A stretch of DNA of 64,000 nucleotides. It comes from Mobula hypostoma (lineage: Eukaryota). Below, piece by piece: positions 37,295-50,580 of the stretch. The notes beneath the pieces were generated by a model. That model was not told the origin of the DNA. It saw only the letters and a list, made by a program, of their open reading frames with translations, and made no database searches. Each line of letters starts with the position of its first letter. Position 1 is the first letter of the stretch. Position numbers and translations under genes: made by a program. The stretch spans positions 35,652,001 through 35,716,000 of the forward strand of contig NC_086097.1 in NCBI RefSeq assembly GCF_963921235.1, given 5' to 3'.

Positions 37295-38340
37295 AGGGTA
37301 GTCCTTAATGAATAATTTGCATCAGTTTTCACCAGGAAGGGCACCTTGATGAATGTGGTGTTAGCATAGAACTGGCTAATATGCTCGAACATGTTGAGGG
37401 TAAGAAAGAGAATATGTTGGAACTTTTGAAAAACATTAGGATAGATAAGTCCCTGGGCTGGACAGGATGTACCCCGGATAAGCTAGGGAAATGATTGCTG
37501 CACCTTTGACCATAATCTTTGTGTCCTTGCTGGCCACAGAAATGGTGCCAGAGGATTGAAAGGTGGGAAATGCTATTCTTTTATTCAGGTAATTATAGAT
37601 CAATGACTCTTATGTCTCTGGCATGGAAACTATTGGAGGGGATTCTTGCAGCCAGGATTTACAAGCTTTTGGAAAAGCATTGTCTGATTAGGAATAGTCA
37701 GCATATCTCTGTGAGGGGTAGGTCATGCCTCACACGCCTGAATGAATTTGTTGAGGAAGTGACAAGACATGTCGATGAAGGCAGAGCTATGCATGTGGTG
37801 CATATGGATTTTAGTAAGGCATTTGACAAGATTTCCCACCATAGGCTCATTCAGAAGATCAGAAGACGTGGCATACAGGGAAAATTAGCTGCCTGGGTTT
37901 CGAAATGGCTTGCCCACAGAAAGCAGAACATGGTTGTAGGTGGAGTATATTCTGCCTGGAGATCCATGACTAGTGGTGTTCTGCAGGGATCTGTTCCGGA
38001 CCCCTGTTCTTTGTGGTACTTATAAATGACTCAGATGATAAAGCGGAAAGGTGGGTTTGTAAGATTACAGATACCAGAAAGGTTGGTGGTGTTACAGATT
38101 GTGGAGTAGGTTACAATGGGATCTTGATAGGACACAGAGAAGTTGCAAATGGGGTTCAATCTGGGGAAGTGTGAAGTGATTCACTTTGGAAGGTCGAAGC
38201 TGAAGGTAGAGTACAGGATTAATGGTAGGATTCTTAGCAGTGTGGAGGTTCAGAGGGACCTTGGGGTCCTCGTCCATAGATCCCTCAAAGTAGCCATACA
38301 AGTTGATGTCGTGATCAAGAAGGCTGAAAGGGTGTTGACA
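37295..38340 (+). mobile_element. CR1 RT fragment
   Basis: GNYRSMTL...GRSCLTRL...MDFSKAFDKI...SGVLQGSV; FNLGKCEVIHFGR...QRDLGVLV. Confidence 0.9.
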
Positions 38341-39315
38341 TTTGGCATCCTCTGTAAGGAGTCTCTGTGGAACATGTGGGTTTTCTCCAGATGCTCCGGT
38401 CTCCTCCCAAGTCCAAAGGCATACTAGGTAAGACCATAAAATCATAAGACATAGGAGAAGAATTAGGCCATTCAGTCCATCGAGTCTGCTCTGCCATTCC
38501 ATCATGGCTGATTCCAGATCCCACTCGACCCCACACACCTGCCTTCTCGCCATATCCTTTGATGCCCCGACCGATCAGGAAACGATCAACTTCCGCCTTA
38601 AATATTTGCATGGATTGGCCCCCACCACAGACTGCGGCAGATCATTTCACAGATTTACTACTATCTGGATGAAAATATTCCTCCTTACCTCTGTCCTAAA
38701 GGGTTGCCCCTCAATTTTGAGGCTATACCCTCTAGTTCTGGAGAGCCCCACCATAGAAAACATCCTCTTCACATCCACCTTATCTAGTCCTTTCAACATT
38801 TGGTAGATTTCAATGAGATTCCTCTGCACTCTTCTAAATTCCAGTGAGTACAGGCCCAAAGCTTGCAAATGCTCCTCATATGTTAACCCTTTCATTCCCA
38901 GAATCATCCTCATGAATTTCCTCTGGACTCTCTCCAATGACAACAATTCTTTTCTGAGATATGGTGTCCAAGACTGTTAACAATACACCAAGTGTGAACT
39001 GACTAGTGTCTTATAAGAGCTCAGCATTATCTTCTTGCTTTTATATTCTATTTCCCTTGAAATAAATGGCAACATTGCATTTGCCTTCTTTACCACAGAC
39101 TTAACCTGTAAATTAACCTTCTGGGAGTCTTGCACGAGGACTCCTAAGTCCCTTTGCACCTCTGATGTTTGAACCTTCTCCCCATTGTAAATTGTACTGT
39201 GGTTAGGTTAGGGTTAAATCGGGGTTACTGGAGGTTGTCAGGCAGTGTGACTCAGACAGCAAGAAGAGTCTGTTCTGCTCTGTATCTCTAAATACAAATA
39301 AAAACACATAAAATA
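38340..39315 (+). mobile_element. V-SINE-like SINE split by a CR1 (own sequence about 38340-38431 and 39186-39315)
   Basis: gtgggttttctccagatgctccggtctcctccc...; resumes cattgtaaattgt...ctgtatctctaaata. Confidence 0.65.
38432..39185 (-). mobile_element. CR1 3' fragment
   Basis: LERVQRKFMRMILGMKGLTYEE...GLYSLE...TRGYSLKI; tcttatgattttatggt tail. Confidence 0.9.
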
Positions 39316-39899
39316 AAAATTAACCCTGTTTCAACCACACTTGGATTGTTATGTTCAGTTGTGACACCTCATCAGGAAGAAGATGGGGCCAGCAAACAAC
39401 ACTACCCTGGGCGACATTCTCCAGATGGTCCATGAAACTGTTTCTTTCACTTCATCTCCATCTTCTTTTTCTTTTAAATGAGGTTCTGGTATCATTGGAG
39501 CCTGTGATCCACAGTTTAACGGCATATTTTCAGGCCAATTTAACGATCTGACACTTTGCTGTCTCCGGGAAGTGAGCAGCCTTGAGGCCAAGAAGCTTAG
39601 AAAGGGGGCAGGAGCCCATGATCAACTCCATTTCTCATCAATTTTTTAAAAACTTATTTTTTTTACTCTTTCTCTTGGAGGTTGCCGTTTGTGCAATTTG
39701 GTTTTTTTGTACAGGGGGTTTGATGTTTTTCTTTGAATGTATTGCGTAGTTTTCTCTATTTCGCGGCTGTCTGTGGGAAGATGAATCTCAGGGTTGTATA
39801 CTACATACATGCTTTGATAATAAATGTACTTTGAATTCAGTGAATCATGGAACGATGCACAAGATTCAGAGAAGGTGCAGAGGAGATTTACCAGGATGT

Positions 39900-40080
39900 C
39901 AAAATGGGAGTGGGAATGGGAATTAAAACATTCAGCCACTGGGAAGTTCCGCTTTAGGCAGACAGTGCTTGATGATGCAGTCCCTCAGTCTACGATGGGT
40001 CTTACCAATGTAGAGCAGGCTGCATTGGGAGCAGCAGACACAACAGATGACCCCACTAGATTCACAGGTGGAGTGTTACT
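39900..40080 (-). mobile_element. Penelope-like GIY-YIG fragment
   Basis: PVAECFNSHSHSH remnant; minus strand ctctacattggtaagaccc (YIG-T). Confidence 0.65.
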
Positions 40081-40829
40081 TTAAAGGTGATAGGATGAAA
40101 GTTTAGGGGAATGTCAGAAGTAGGTAAGTGCATGGAACGCAGAGCTGGGTGGTTGTAGAGGCAAATATATTGTCGACTTTCAAAAGATTCTTCAGTAGGC
40201 TCACAGATGAAGGAGATCAAGGAGGGGTATGTGGGAGGGAAGTGTTAGATCGATTTTGGGGTAAGTTGAAAGGTTGGCACAATATCAGAGGGCTGAAGGG
40301 CCTGTATTGTGCTGTACTGTCCTGTATTCTATGTTCTATATCTGCTTTTGCAGGTGTAGCCCATCTTCAAAGATGCCTTCTCCCCTGAAATAAGTTTCTA
40401 GATCTTCGGTTGGCGTTTCTGTAGCACTGGTTTTTTACGGGAGGGGGTTTCCAGCTCCTGCCCAGCCCTCAACCAGGCTCGGGAATGTCCATGTCAGAGT
40501 TTTTTTTACCACAAAGCAGCTTGAATATGTCTAGGACTTGGTATCAGTTCAGAAGCATTAGTGGGATCTGAAATAAAATTTAATAATATAATTCACTGGT
40601 GAGACTTGGATTTTCTTCCTACATGAAGGTATGGCTCAGAACAGCTGCTCACAATCTAACAGTTGGCATATCAGCTCCATGGGTATTTGAGCTAATGCAT
40701 TATCTTTTAATAGAAGATCTCAGGTGCTTATTGCACTAAAAGAAAACATTTCAACTAGATTGAGCAATATTGAGAGACACAGTATATATATTTCTATACA
40801 TATATTAAATATGTAGAGAAGATATACTG

Positions 40830-41422
40830 TGCACCTTCTATAGGAGCACAGTGAAGAGTATTCTAACTGGTTGTATCACAGCCTGGTATGGAAACACCAG
40901 TCCCCAGGAATAGAAAGGGCTACAGAAAGTAGTGAACACAACCCCATCCATCCCTGGCAAAGAGTCCCACTATTGAAAACATCTACAATGAGTGCTGCCA
41001 CAAGAAAGCAGTATGCATCATCAAAATTTCCACCATCCAGACAAAGCCCTCTTCTCACCATTACTATTGGGCAAGTGGTACAGGAGCCTCTGTTCCCAGA
41101 TCACCAGGTTCAGGGACAGTTATTACCCTACAAACATCAGGATCCAGAATCAGCGTGGATAGCTACACTCACCACAACTCTGAACTGATTCTGTCATCAA
41201 CGCATTCATGTTTAAAGGCTCTTTGCAATTCATGTTCTAAACATTATTTTTTATTTGTACAGTTTGTCTTCTTTTGTTAGTTTTTGTTTATGTACAGTTT
41301 TTTTGTAAAGTCTATTGTACTACGTTTTTTCCTGCAACTGCCTGCAAGAAGATGAATCTTCAGGTAGTTTATGGTAACATATGTGTATTCTGATAATAAA
41401 TTTACGTTGAATTTTTAACTTT
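40830..41422 (+). mobile_element. Rex1/Babar 3' fragment
   Basis: gagtattctaactggttgtatcacagcctggtatgg (ESILTGCITAWYG); tail aataaatttacgttgaattttt. Confidence 0.8.
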
Positions 41423-41899
41423 GGAAATACTTAGAAACAGAAAAAAAGTACAATTGGGCCTTCGGTTAATTGGTGCAACCACTATTTGTGACAACTCTTA
41501 AAGAACAAAAACTAATCAAGAAGATAGCCAGGATTCCCTTTATTTATTTGGGACAATATGCCACTTAATTGGGGCAGTGGACCGTTGCCAAACTTGTTCT
41601 AACTAGCGTCAGTCATGTGCACGTCATGCGGCTGTTAGACGCTACACCGTGCTTGGAATGAACAGTTTTTAAATAGCATCAGCTGCATGTGATTGTGTTC
41701 AAAAAGCAGTATTTTTTGTTACTGATAGTTGGCAAGAAATAAGCAGTAAGAATTCAGAAGTGTTTTGCTCACTGTGATTTCAAGCATTCAGACGTGGAAA
41801 TGCTAGAAAATGGCCGAGAGTGGAAATGAGGCAATTTCACTTCAACAAGTTAGGAATGATGGAGAAGTTGAAGGTATCAACAAGCATCTTGAATGTTAT

Positions 41900-42118
41900 C
41901 TTTGGTCCCCACTGGGCACTCAACCCTCAACTGTGGCTCCAAGCAGCTGTTTGCATGTGACAATGGCCACATCTCGGTACACTGCTTCAACAAGTGGGCA
42001 AAATCTGTCTGTCAGTATCTTGTTTTACGGCGGTTGGCATCCAGCTTAATGGTGCATTACTGCCACCCTCTACTCCGGAATGTGCACTAGACATACAATC
42101 TAAATCCCTTCACCCAAT

Positions 42119-42152
<34 letters not shown>

Positions 42153-43120
42153 CAAACCTACACTTCACCCTCCCATCTTTGACCATCCTGGTATCCTATT
42201 CCTCTTTATTCGTCATATCCTATAAAAAACCCCTGTACCCCTTAAAAACGCTAAAAGTACCCGGACTTGTGCTCTCTCACCCATGCCCCGCAACCCTTTT
42301 AATGTGAATTCCTGCATCCCCAACTCCCTTAATTTATTTCTCATCATCTCTCTCTGTATCCTGTACTTCCTGCAACTCAGAACTACATGTTCTACTGACT
42401 CCTCTTCCTGACATTCCTCACACAATCCTGTCTGGTGTTTCCCTGTCATTTTCAATGTTTTGTTTAATGCACAATGCCCCAGCCTTAATCTAGTCCACAC
42501 TATTTCCTCTCTTCTGTTTCCATTACCTACCCTAGTAACTGCAACACTCTTTTGTATTTGATATAAATGCCTCCCTTTCCCCTCCCTGTCCCATCTTTCT
42601 TGCCACATTCGGTTGACTTTTTCCCAGATTACACAACTTAACCTCTGCTTTACTGATACTAATGTGCATTTCCACATTTTCTTTCTTTTAACACCCTCTT
42701 TGCCAACTCATCCACCCTCTCATTCCCCTTCACCCCTACATGTGCTGGAACCCATAGAAATTTTACCTGATCTCCCTGATTTACAATTCTTGTAACTAAG
42801 CTGGCGGCTCTCATACCCCAGTGAGACAGGGACATGCCTGTCCTCACATGCAAAGTCTGCCTCAGTGGACTATGCAGATGAGGCTGGCCATGAGATCCAA
42901 TGGCCAGGAAGAAGGTTCTGCATTGCTACATGAAGAGCAAAGGGCATGACAAGGCATCCACTGTGAACAGGGAAGACCTCAGTTGTGATGTCTACTCATC
43001 CCAGTGAACCCGTTCTTCCAAGATTGAGAGAGTGGACTGCTCCAGTGCAACGGCTTTCCTACTTCAAAAAGTCTCCCGCATAGATTTCCTGTCATTGTTG
43101 GATATGAAGGACAACCACCA
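41900..43120 (+). mobile_element. RTE-5'UTR-like non-autonomous element, split by Nimb (own sequence about 41900-42015 and 42798-43120)
   Basis: GC-richer non-coding block gtggctccaagcagctgtttgc...ctcataccccagtgag...gcaacggctttcctac; no ORF. Confidence 0.4.
42016..42797 (-). mobile_element. Nimb/I-clade LINE 3' end (RNase H C-terminus and CCHC)
   Basis: FLWVPAHVGVKGNERVDELAK; WQERWD...TRLRLGH...CEEC...ESVEHVVLSC; 3' motif ggtggcagtaatgcacc...ggatgccaaccgccgtaaaa. Confidence 0.88.
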
Positions 43121-43475
43121 GTAGTATTGGCAGTGTTCTAATTTGTTCTTAATTTAAATACATAATTTGTTACTCAGTTAAATGGTGGTTTGTCTTTTTT
43201 ATGCTTTTTTAACTTATTTCCGTGAAACTTTGGCAAATTGGGCCAAAACGTGCAAAATGTGTCCCAAGTAACCAGAGTCCACTGTATATAAATCATTGCA
43301 ATGAAAACAAAATAATATAAATAATAATGTATGTCTGGAACTACTGGAAATCAAGAAAAAGTATTAAAATTAGGACTGTGGATATTCAACAAAAATGTAC
43401 AAAATGTGTACTTTCTGAGAGAATGAGACTCCACACTTGCAAAAAGAACTAACTTAGGGGCACAGGTTTTTTTGG

Positions 43476-44113
43476 ATTATGAGGACACTCAGTCCTTTTT
43501 TATTGTCATTTAGAAATGCATGCATTAAAAAATGATACAATGTTCCTCCGGTATGATATCACAGAAACATGAGACAGACCAAGACTAAAACTGACAAAAA
43601 CCACATAATTATAACATATAGTTACAACAGTGCAAAGCAATACCATAATTTGATAAGAGCAGACCATGGGCACGGTAAAAAAAAGTCCCTAAGTCCCGAT
43701 AGCCCCAACATCTCACGCAGACGGTAGAAGGAAGAAACTTTCCCTGCCATGAGCTTCCAGCGCTGCAAACTTGCCGATGCAGCATCCTGGAAGTACCCGA
43801 CCACAGACCGACTCTGAGTCCGTCTGAAAACTTCGAGCCTCCAACCAGCCCTCCGACACTGAGCACTGAGCACCATCTCTGCCGAGCGCTTCGACCCCGG
43901 CCCGGCCGCCAAGCAACGGGCAAAGCTGAGGATTCGGGGCCTTCCCCTTCGAAGATTTTGGATCACACAGCAGCAGCGGCAGCGAAGCAGGCATTTCAGA
44001 AGTTTCACCAGATGTTCCTCCATGCTCTCGCATCTGTATCCATCAAATCAGAATTGTGCATGGCCTCCTACTTGACAGGTTACAGATATTCATCACCGGA
44101 GAGGCCGCGTGTG
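43476..44113 (-). mobile_element. CpG-rich non-coding retro-element (unclassified SINE-like)
   Basis: GC/CpG-rich 5' half; 3' end gcatgcatttctaaatgacaataaa resembles the Rex-type 3' UTR ends in this window. Confidence 0.55.
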
Positions 44114-44539
44114 TTGTTTGTTAAGTAGCAACTCTAACTCTTTTGTTTGCCTGTAGTATAAAGCTAGCAGGCAATATATACCTTTCACCTCTATAATAGA
44201 GGACTCCACAGTGCACACAGTGGTTCAGCACAGTTTCTAAGGAAACAACCCAAAAACATATGCATTTAATTGTGCCTTTTGTTGTAATTTGTCATAATTT
44301 GCTGTGACAATTACTCTTTCGTAATTGTGAACAGAGTTAAGTGATACTTTGGAATAAATCTTCAAAATATATCACACATTTGAATTTAGGTAGATGAAAA
44401 TCAGAAACAGCAACTACTCATGTTGAAAATTTGGGACAAAATCAGAAACATTCAGAAAATCAAACAACATCTATTTCTCTTTCCACAGATGCTGCCTGAT
44501 CTGTTGAGAAGTTCTAGCATTTCAATTGATGTGGTCTGT

Positions 44540-44880
44540 CTGTCTGTCTAGGTACCATATCCAATGCGGACTTTGGTGACCATGGTTTTCCATATAGATC
44601 TATCCTTCGTTTTTTGGATGACTTCCATTTCCTCAATGTGTTGCCACCTGGCAATGCTTTCGATGTACATAAGCTGAGGTCTTCCTCTAGGTTTACTCCC
44701 CTCAATCTTTCCAGAAAGTATGGGTTTTTCTAGTTTATCTTTCTACATGATGTGTCCTAGGAATCTGAGTTGTCTTTCTCTTATTGTTGGTATGAGTGAT
44801 CCAACTGCTTGGGTTCTTCTGAGAACTTCTTCATCTAATGTGTGTGTGGTCCATGATATTTTTAACATTCTCCTGTATGT
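44540..44880 (-). mobile_element. Old RTE 3' fragment
   Basis: Minus strand aggagaatgttaaaaatatcatggacc (RRMLKISWT), FLGHIM and RGVNLEE region. Confidence 0.65.
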
Positions 44881-45279
44881 GGCCTTTAATATCCTGTAGA
44901 TGTGGTACATGCAAGAAAAGAATTCACAAAAATGGGCCCAAATGGTGATTCTAAATTAATTAGAATTAGAACATTTAGAAATAAAGAGTTGGCCATACAG
45001 CTCTTTGGCCTGTTCCATCATTCAGTAAGATCCTAGTTTCCGATCTTTGGCATCAGCCCCACTGACTATCCCTTCAGGGGAATCAGTTTTATAACCTCTA
45101 CCCTAACAAAGCTCCTGAGAATCTTGGACATTTCTAAGAAATCATTTCTTATTCTTCCAAACTCCAGGGAAAGAAGAAAGGCACAGTTTTCTGTTTAATT
45201 TTTCCTCCAAGGGTAACTTGTTGCTCCAGGGATCTATTGAGCAAACTCAACAGTGCACAATATCCAAGGGAAGAAGAAC

Positions 45280-46967
45280 AGACTCCTATTTTTTTAACTA
45301 AGAAGTTTTTTGATCAGGTTGACTCTATTATTTCATCTTTTGTTTGGAATAATAAAAGACCAAGAATTGGAAAATGTCATTTACAAAAATTTAAAAAGGA
45401 CGGAGGTCTTACTTTGCCTAATTTAAGACTGTATTATTGGGTGGTTAATATACGTTATGCGTGCTCTTGGTTATATTGGACCAATAAAATGGAACGACCA
45501 CCATGGGTTGATCTGGAATTGAAAATTGTGAAACAATTTTGTTTAACTTCATTATTAGGAGCTCCTTTACCTGTACAATTAGCCAAAATTTCTATTTTAA
45601 ATATAAATTCTATGATTAAGCAGTCATTACAAATCTGGTACCAGTTTCGTAAGTTTTTTAATCTTAAAAAAATTTAACCTTTTTAGTTTAATTTATCAAA
45701 ACTATTTATTTAAATCTTCACTTAGTGATCCTACCTTTTCTCTTTGGAGGAATAAAGGAATTTTTTCCTTTATGGATTTGTTTCAAGAAGGCCGATTGAT
45801 GTCCTTTGAGAAATTAGAAACTGAATATTCTCTTTCATATTCACATTTCTTGCAATATCTTCAGGTCAGACATTTCTTACAAGAATATTTAAGTAATTTT
45901 CCATATATACAAGATTCTGACCTGTTAGACATTATTTTTTAAATGAACCCTTTAGTGAAAGGTTTTATTGGGAAAATTTATAATTTACTATTACAACGGG
46001 ATAGCTATCCTTTACTTAAGATTAAGCAAGATTGGGAAAGAGCTTAACATGACCTTGATAACAGAGGATTGGTTACGAATTCTGAAGTTGGTCAACTCTT
46101 CTTCGATTTGTGCCAGTCATTCTCTAATTCAATTTTAAATTGTACATCGTTATTATTTGACAAAGGAGAGATTTTCTAAAATATTTCCTAATGTAAATAG
46201 TCAGTGTGATAGATGTAAAACTGAGATAGCTACACTGACACATATGTTTTGGTCGTGTTCTGTATTGAAACAGTTTTGGAAATCTATTTTTCCTACAATT
46301 TCTAAAGCTTTAAAAATCAATTTACAACCTAATAAATTGACAGTTTTGTTCGGTATAATTCCTCAATATATTCATGGTATTTCTATATCAGACCAACACG
46401 TAATTGCATTTGTCACATTATTGGCTTGAAGGGCTATTTTATTAAAATGGAAAGATGCCTCTGCTCCAACTTTGATACAATGGTTCTCTCAGGTGATGTT
46501 ATGCCTTAGTTTGGAAAAAATTAGAAGTCGAATTTTTGATCCTAGATTTGACTTTGAGAAAAGATGGGGTTTTTTTGCCCGTTATTATCATTTGTTTTGA
46601 GTTAATTAAGATGGTCCTTTTCTGATGCTTGGGTATATGGATTGGTTGGCGGAATGATGTCTTTTTTTATGGAAGCTTGTATGGCATGTAGCTCCAGGTT
46701 TGTGCTCCAAATGGGTTTTTTTTCTCCGTTTTTTTTTTGTTATCAGGGTTTTTTTTTGTTTTAGTTAGTAGGGGTTCTTTTTTCCTTCTTTCCTTTTTCC
46801 AAAAAAAAAGCTTTAACATTTTGTTTTTTTTTATTATTGATATATTGTTCAGTTTGGTTGATAGTTTAACTCTTATTTTACATATGGATATGTTGTCTTA
46901 ATTATCTTGATGTATTTTTCTTTGTTGTTGATTTTCAATAATAATTAATAAAAAAGATTTTAAAATG
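45280..46967 (+). mobile_element. Fish-type L1 LINE, 5'-truncated
   Basis: PIFLTKKFF...FVWNNKRPRI...GGLTLPNLRLYYW; CDRC...THMFWSC; T-rich UTR, aataaa; 11-bp TSD ggaagaagaac (45269-45279, 46968-46978). Confidence 0.92.
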
Positions 46968-47039
46968 GAAGAAGAACGAATGCTGGACTCTCTAAATAGA
47001 TCAAAACTGTGTGCATTGCAGTATGGTGCATGTTGTGAG

Positions 47040-47860
47040 CTCATCAAAGTCCCATAGATTTGCACTACCTTTGCACCCCACCCTCTGCAATAAAGGATTC
47101 CAAATCACATGCTTTCTGAATTACTTGTTGAACCTGTATGCTACCGTCCTGAAATTCTTACACAAGGGCATCCATCCAGATTTCTCTGAACAGTGCCTTT
47201 TAATGATTACACCATTCAGTTTATATTCTGGGTAACCCCACATTACTTGCTCTTACCTCCTCTTTGCCCACTGCTTAAATATGCTCATATTACTGCACTG
47301 TGATACGCTCTGCATCTTACTTAAAAAATCGCCTTCCCATCTGTCTTTATATTGTCAGCAAAATAGAATAGATTACACCCAGTCATCTTTTATTCACATC
47401 ATTTATATGGATTTCTATTAGCTGGAACACTGGATACAATCTGACAACCGGACAATGAATGCCCTGCAAACCACTCCTCTAACCATGCTGACATATAAAA
47501 TTCATCCTGAGGAGTTATCATTTTGAACTATCACCTTATAGGTGATATGTTACTGAATGCCTTTTGGAAATCCAAATGCACTACATTCACTGACTTCTGC
47601 CTAGCACCTCCCGGCTAGCTATATTTTCAAAGTGTCCTAATAAATGTGTTAAGTAACATCTCCTTCCATAAAACAATATTGACTCGGCCTCATCGTGTTT
47701 CGCATCTGTAAATTCTCAGTTCATTCTCAACTGATGACTTCCAGCATTTTTCTAACAAATAATGATTAGCCAACTGGCCTGTAGTTGTCCATTTTCCTTC
47801 TATCCTTTTTTCTCTAGAATAACAGTATCTATTGTCTGCTTGAAACTTCACTGGAAACTT
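47040..47860 (-). mobile_element. Highly decayed CR1 fragment
   Basis: gaatgccttttggaaatccaaatgcac (reverse of DF-KAF motif); actggcctgtagtt (NYRPV). Confidence 0.5.
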
Positions 47861-48139
47861 TCTAAAAAAAAAATCACAACTGATTAATCCACTAAATTGT
47901 TTGGAATACAGGGATTCAGCTTAGAGGTTTTGTTAGTTCCTCATTAATATGCCACAGCTGTTTCTGCAGTGATAGAAATTATGTTAATTTGCTCTCTCTC
48001 TTTTGCCCCCCTGACATTCACTACTCCTTATCAGACACAAGAAGGCAGACAATAGCCACTTGCAGCATGACAAGGTCTAGCCGCCTAATGACGACGTTCA
48101 ATGGCAGCACCATTGTTGTACACCCCATCTTCACCATGC

Positions 48140-48700
48140 TGCAGGATCATTGGCCAGAAACTGAAATGGACAGTTAAATAAATACTGTAAAAGCAGGAGG
48201 GAGCTGGGACACCCTGCAGCAAAAGACTCAGCTCCTGAAATTTCAAAGACTTTCACAAGTACGACGCTAGTTAGGATCACGGTGGAATACACTGAACTCG
48301 CCTGAATGAGTCCAGTTCCAACAACTCTCAAGTAGGTTGACTTCACCCAGAGCAGGACAGCACTGCGCTAAGTAGTCACTCTCTGCATATTTGTGCATTG
48401 TGCAGTCTACAAAGTCGCTTCTGTAGGCCACACCAAAAGCTCCTTAAAGCCTGGATCCTCTGTCACCAAGAAGGATAAAGGCAACAGATGCAACGGGAAC
48501 ACCTGAGTGAAACGCTTTCAAGATTGCCACCGTTCCAAGTTGGAAACACATCTTTCTTTCTTTATTGAGTCTAACTCCCTACCAGATACCATTGTGGGAC
48601 TACCCTCGATAGAGGCACTGCAGCACCCTGGCTCACCATCTCTTTCTCAAGGGCAGTTAGGAAAGGGGAATTCATCCTCACTTTGGCTGTGCACCAAATT
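48140..48700 (+). mobile_element. Old CR1/L2-group LINE 3' fragment
   Basis: ccagaaactgaaatggac...ggaatacactgaactcgcctg...gctcaccatctctttctcaagggcagttagg. Confidence 0.5.
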
Positions 48701-48990
48701 TCTGGATAAAAAAAAATAAGAAGGTAATGGTATGGTCTGGCTTTGGCTCAACAGGCTTGGACAGGCACAGATGCAGGCTGTAAGCTTCTAGTAAGTTTCT
48801 TTTTTCTTGTTAGTACATAGCTAGTGTGCTTAGGATGGGTCCAGTGTTGGTGGTATATTCCATCTGTTAACTGTGGGAGCTTTGGGAGACCTCCAGTTTC
48901 CCTGATAACCACATGTGCAAGAAGATCATACAGCTTAACACGTGGCTAGGGAGTAGTTCCAGGCTTCAGATTGTTGGATCATTGGGCTCT

Positions 48991-50580
48991 CATAGAAACA
49001 TAGAAAAACAGAAAAATAGAAAACCTACAGCACAATACAGGCCCATCAGTCCACAAAGCTGAGCTGAACATGTTCCTACCTTAGAACTACCTGGGCTTTA
49101 GATAGATAGATAGATATACTTTATTAATTCCGAGGGAAATTTGGTTTCGTTACAGCCACACCAACCAAGAATAGAGCGTAAATATAGCAATACAAAAAAC
49201 CCCAACAATCAATCACCAAAATGCAAACTATGCCAGATGGAAAATAAGTCCAGGACCAGTCTATTGGCTCAGGGTGTCTGACCCTCCACGGGAGAAGCTG
49301 CACGTTCGATGGCCACAGGCAGGAACGACCTCCCGTGCCGCCAAGTGTTGTATCACGGTGGAATGTGGCCGAAGTCCAACAGTAAAAAGTTCAATATCCA
49401 GTCTGCAAACACGTTCCTCGATCGTAATATACCCCAGATTACACCATCCGTTGTTAACCAGATCAGTAAGCACCCAACTTCTTTACGCTTACCGCTCTCA
49501 GTGCACTTCCGGTCAGCAGGAACGGTATTACCCACCGAACTCCTCTTCTCCAAAAGTCTCTGTTGTCTCGACCCGGTCCTCTTTCCTCAGCTTTGTGATC
49601 CTCCTCTGTGTGTTTTCCTCCCGATTTCAGCAGGGGTGTCCACCGCGCTGTTCACTAAGCCGGCCGGTCTTTGCTGGTCCATGGAATACACAATGCGACC
49701 TTGCTTCTGTCCTGCGTGTCGGGATGTAACCATTTCCAGCGCTAAAGAAAATCCAAATAAAACTCGCTCTACCAGCATGTTAGAGAGGGTGCAGCTTCGA
49801 CGTGTTACTGTGAGAAAAAAATACAAAAAAAATGTAAATTAAAAAGTAAGAAGAAGAAAGTAAGAATAGATTGGAATGACTGTACCAGGCTGCATGCACG
49901 ACCGGCGCATGCGCACTAATGCCCTCTGTTTTTCTAAGCTCCATGTAGCAATCCAGGAGTCTCTTAAAAGAACCCATCATTTCCACCTCCATTGCTGCTG
50001 CTGGCAGCCCATTCCCATTCCATGCACTCACCATCCTCTACGTAAAAAACTTACCCCTGACATCTCCTCTGTACCTACTTCCAAGCACCTTAAAACTATG
50101 CCCTCTCGTGCTAGCCATTTCAGCCCTGGGGAAAAGCCTTTGACTATCCACATGATCAATGCCTCTCATTATCTTGTACACCTCCATCAGGTCACCTGTC
50201 ATCCTCCATCACTCCAAGGAGAAAAGGCCAAGTTCACTCAATCTATTCTCATAAGGTATGCTCACCAATCCAGGCAACATCCTTGTAAATCTCCTCTGCA
50301 CTTTTCCTATGGTTTCCACATCTTTCCTGTAGTGAGGCGACCAGAACTGAGCACAGTACTCCAAGTGGGGTCTGACCAGGGTCCTATGTAGCTGCAACAT
50401 TACCTCTCAGCTCCTAACTCAATTCCACGGCTGATGAAGGGCAATGCACCGTATGCCTTCTTAACCACAGAGTCAACCTGCGTAGCAGCTGTGAGTGTCC
50501 TATGGACTTGGACCCCAAGATCCCTCTGATCCTCCACACTGCCAAGAGTCTTACCATTAATACTATATTCTGCCATCATA
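48991..50580 (-). mobile_element. CR1 3' fragment nested in CR1
   Basis: LVRPHLEYCAQFWSPHYRKD...LGLFSLE; (ttctatgt)-type tail at about 48991-49022. Confidence 0.9.
49100..49915 (-). mobile_element. Internally deleted Rex1/Babar element
   Basis: 5' UTR and N-terminal IVYSMDQ...; APE remnant LVNNGWCNLGYITIEERVCRLDIELFTVGLRP joined to 3' UTR aataaagta(tatc)n. Confidence 0.75.

Larger units (their letters stand above)
41451..43284 (+). mobile_element. Tigger/pogo-like non-autonomous DNA transposon hosting nested insertions
   Basis: Degenerate TIRs (cggttaattgg / cccaagtaaccagagtccactg); TA flanks; acidic transposase C-terminal remnant EVEGINKHLECY. Confidence 0.6.
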
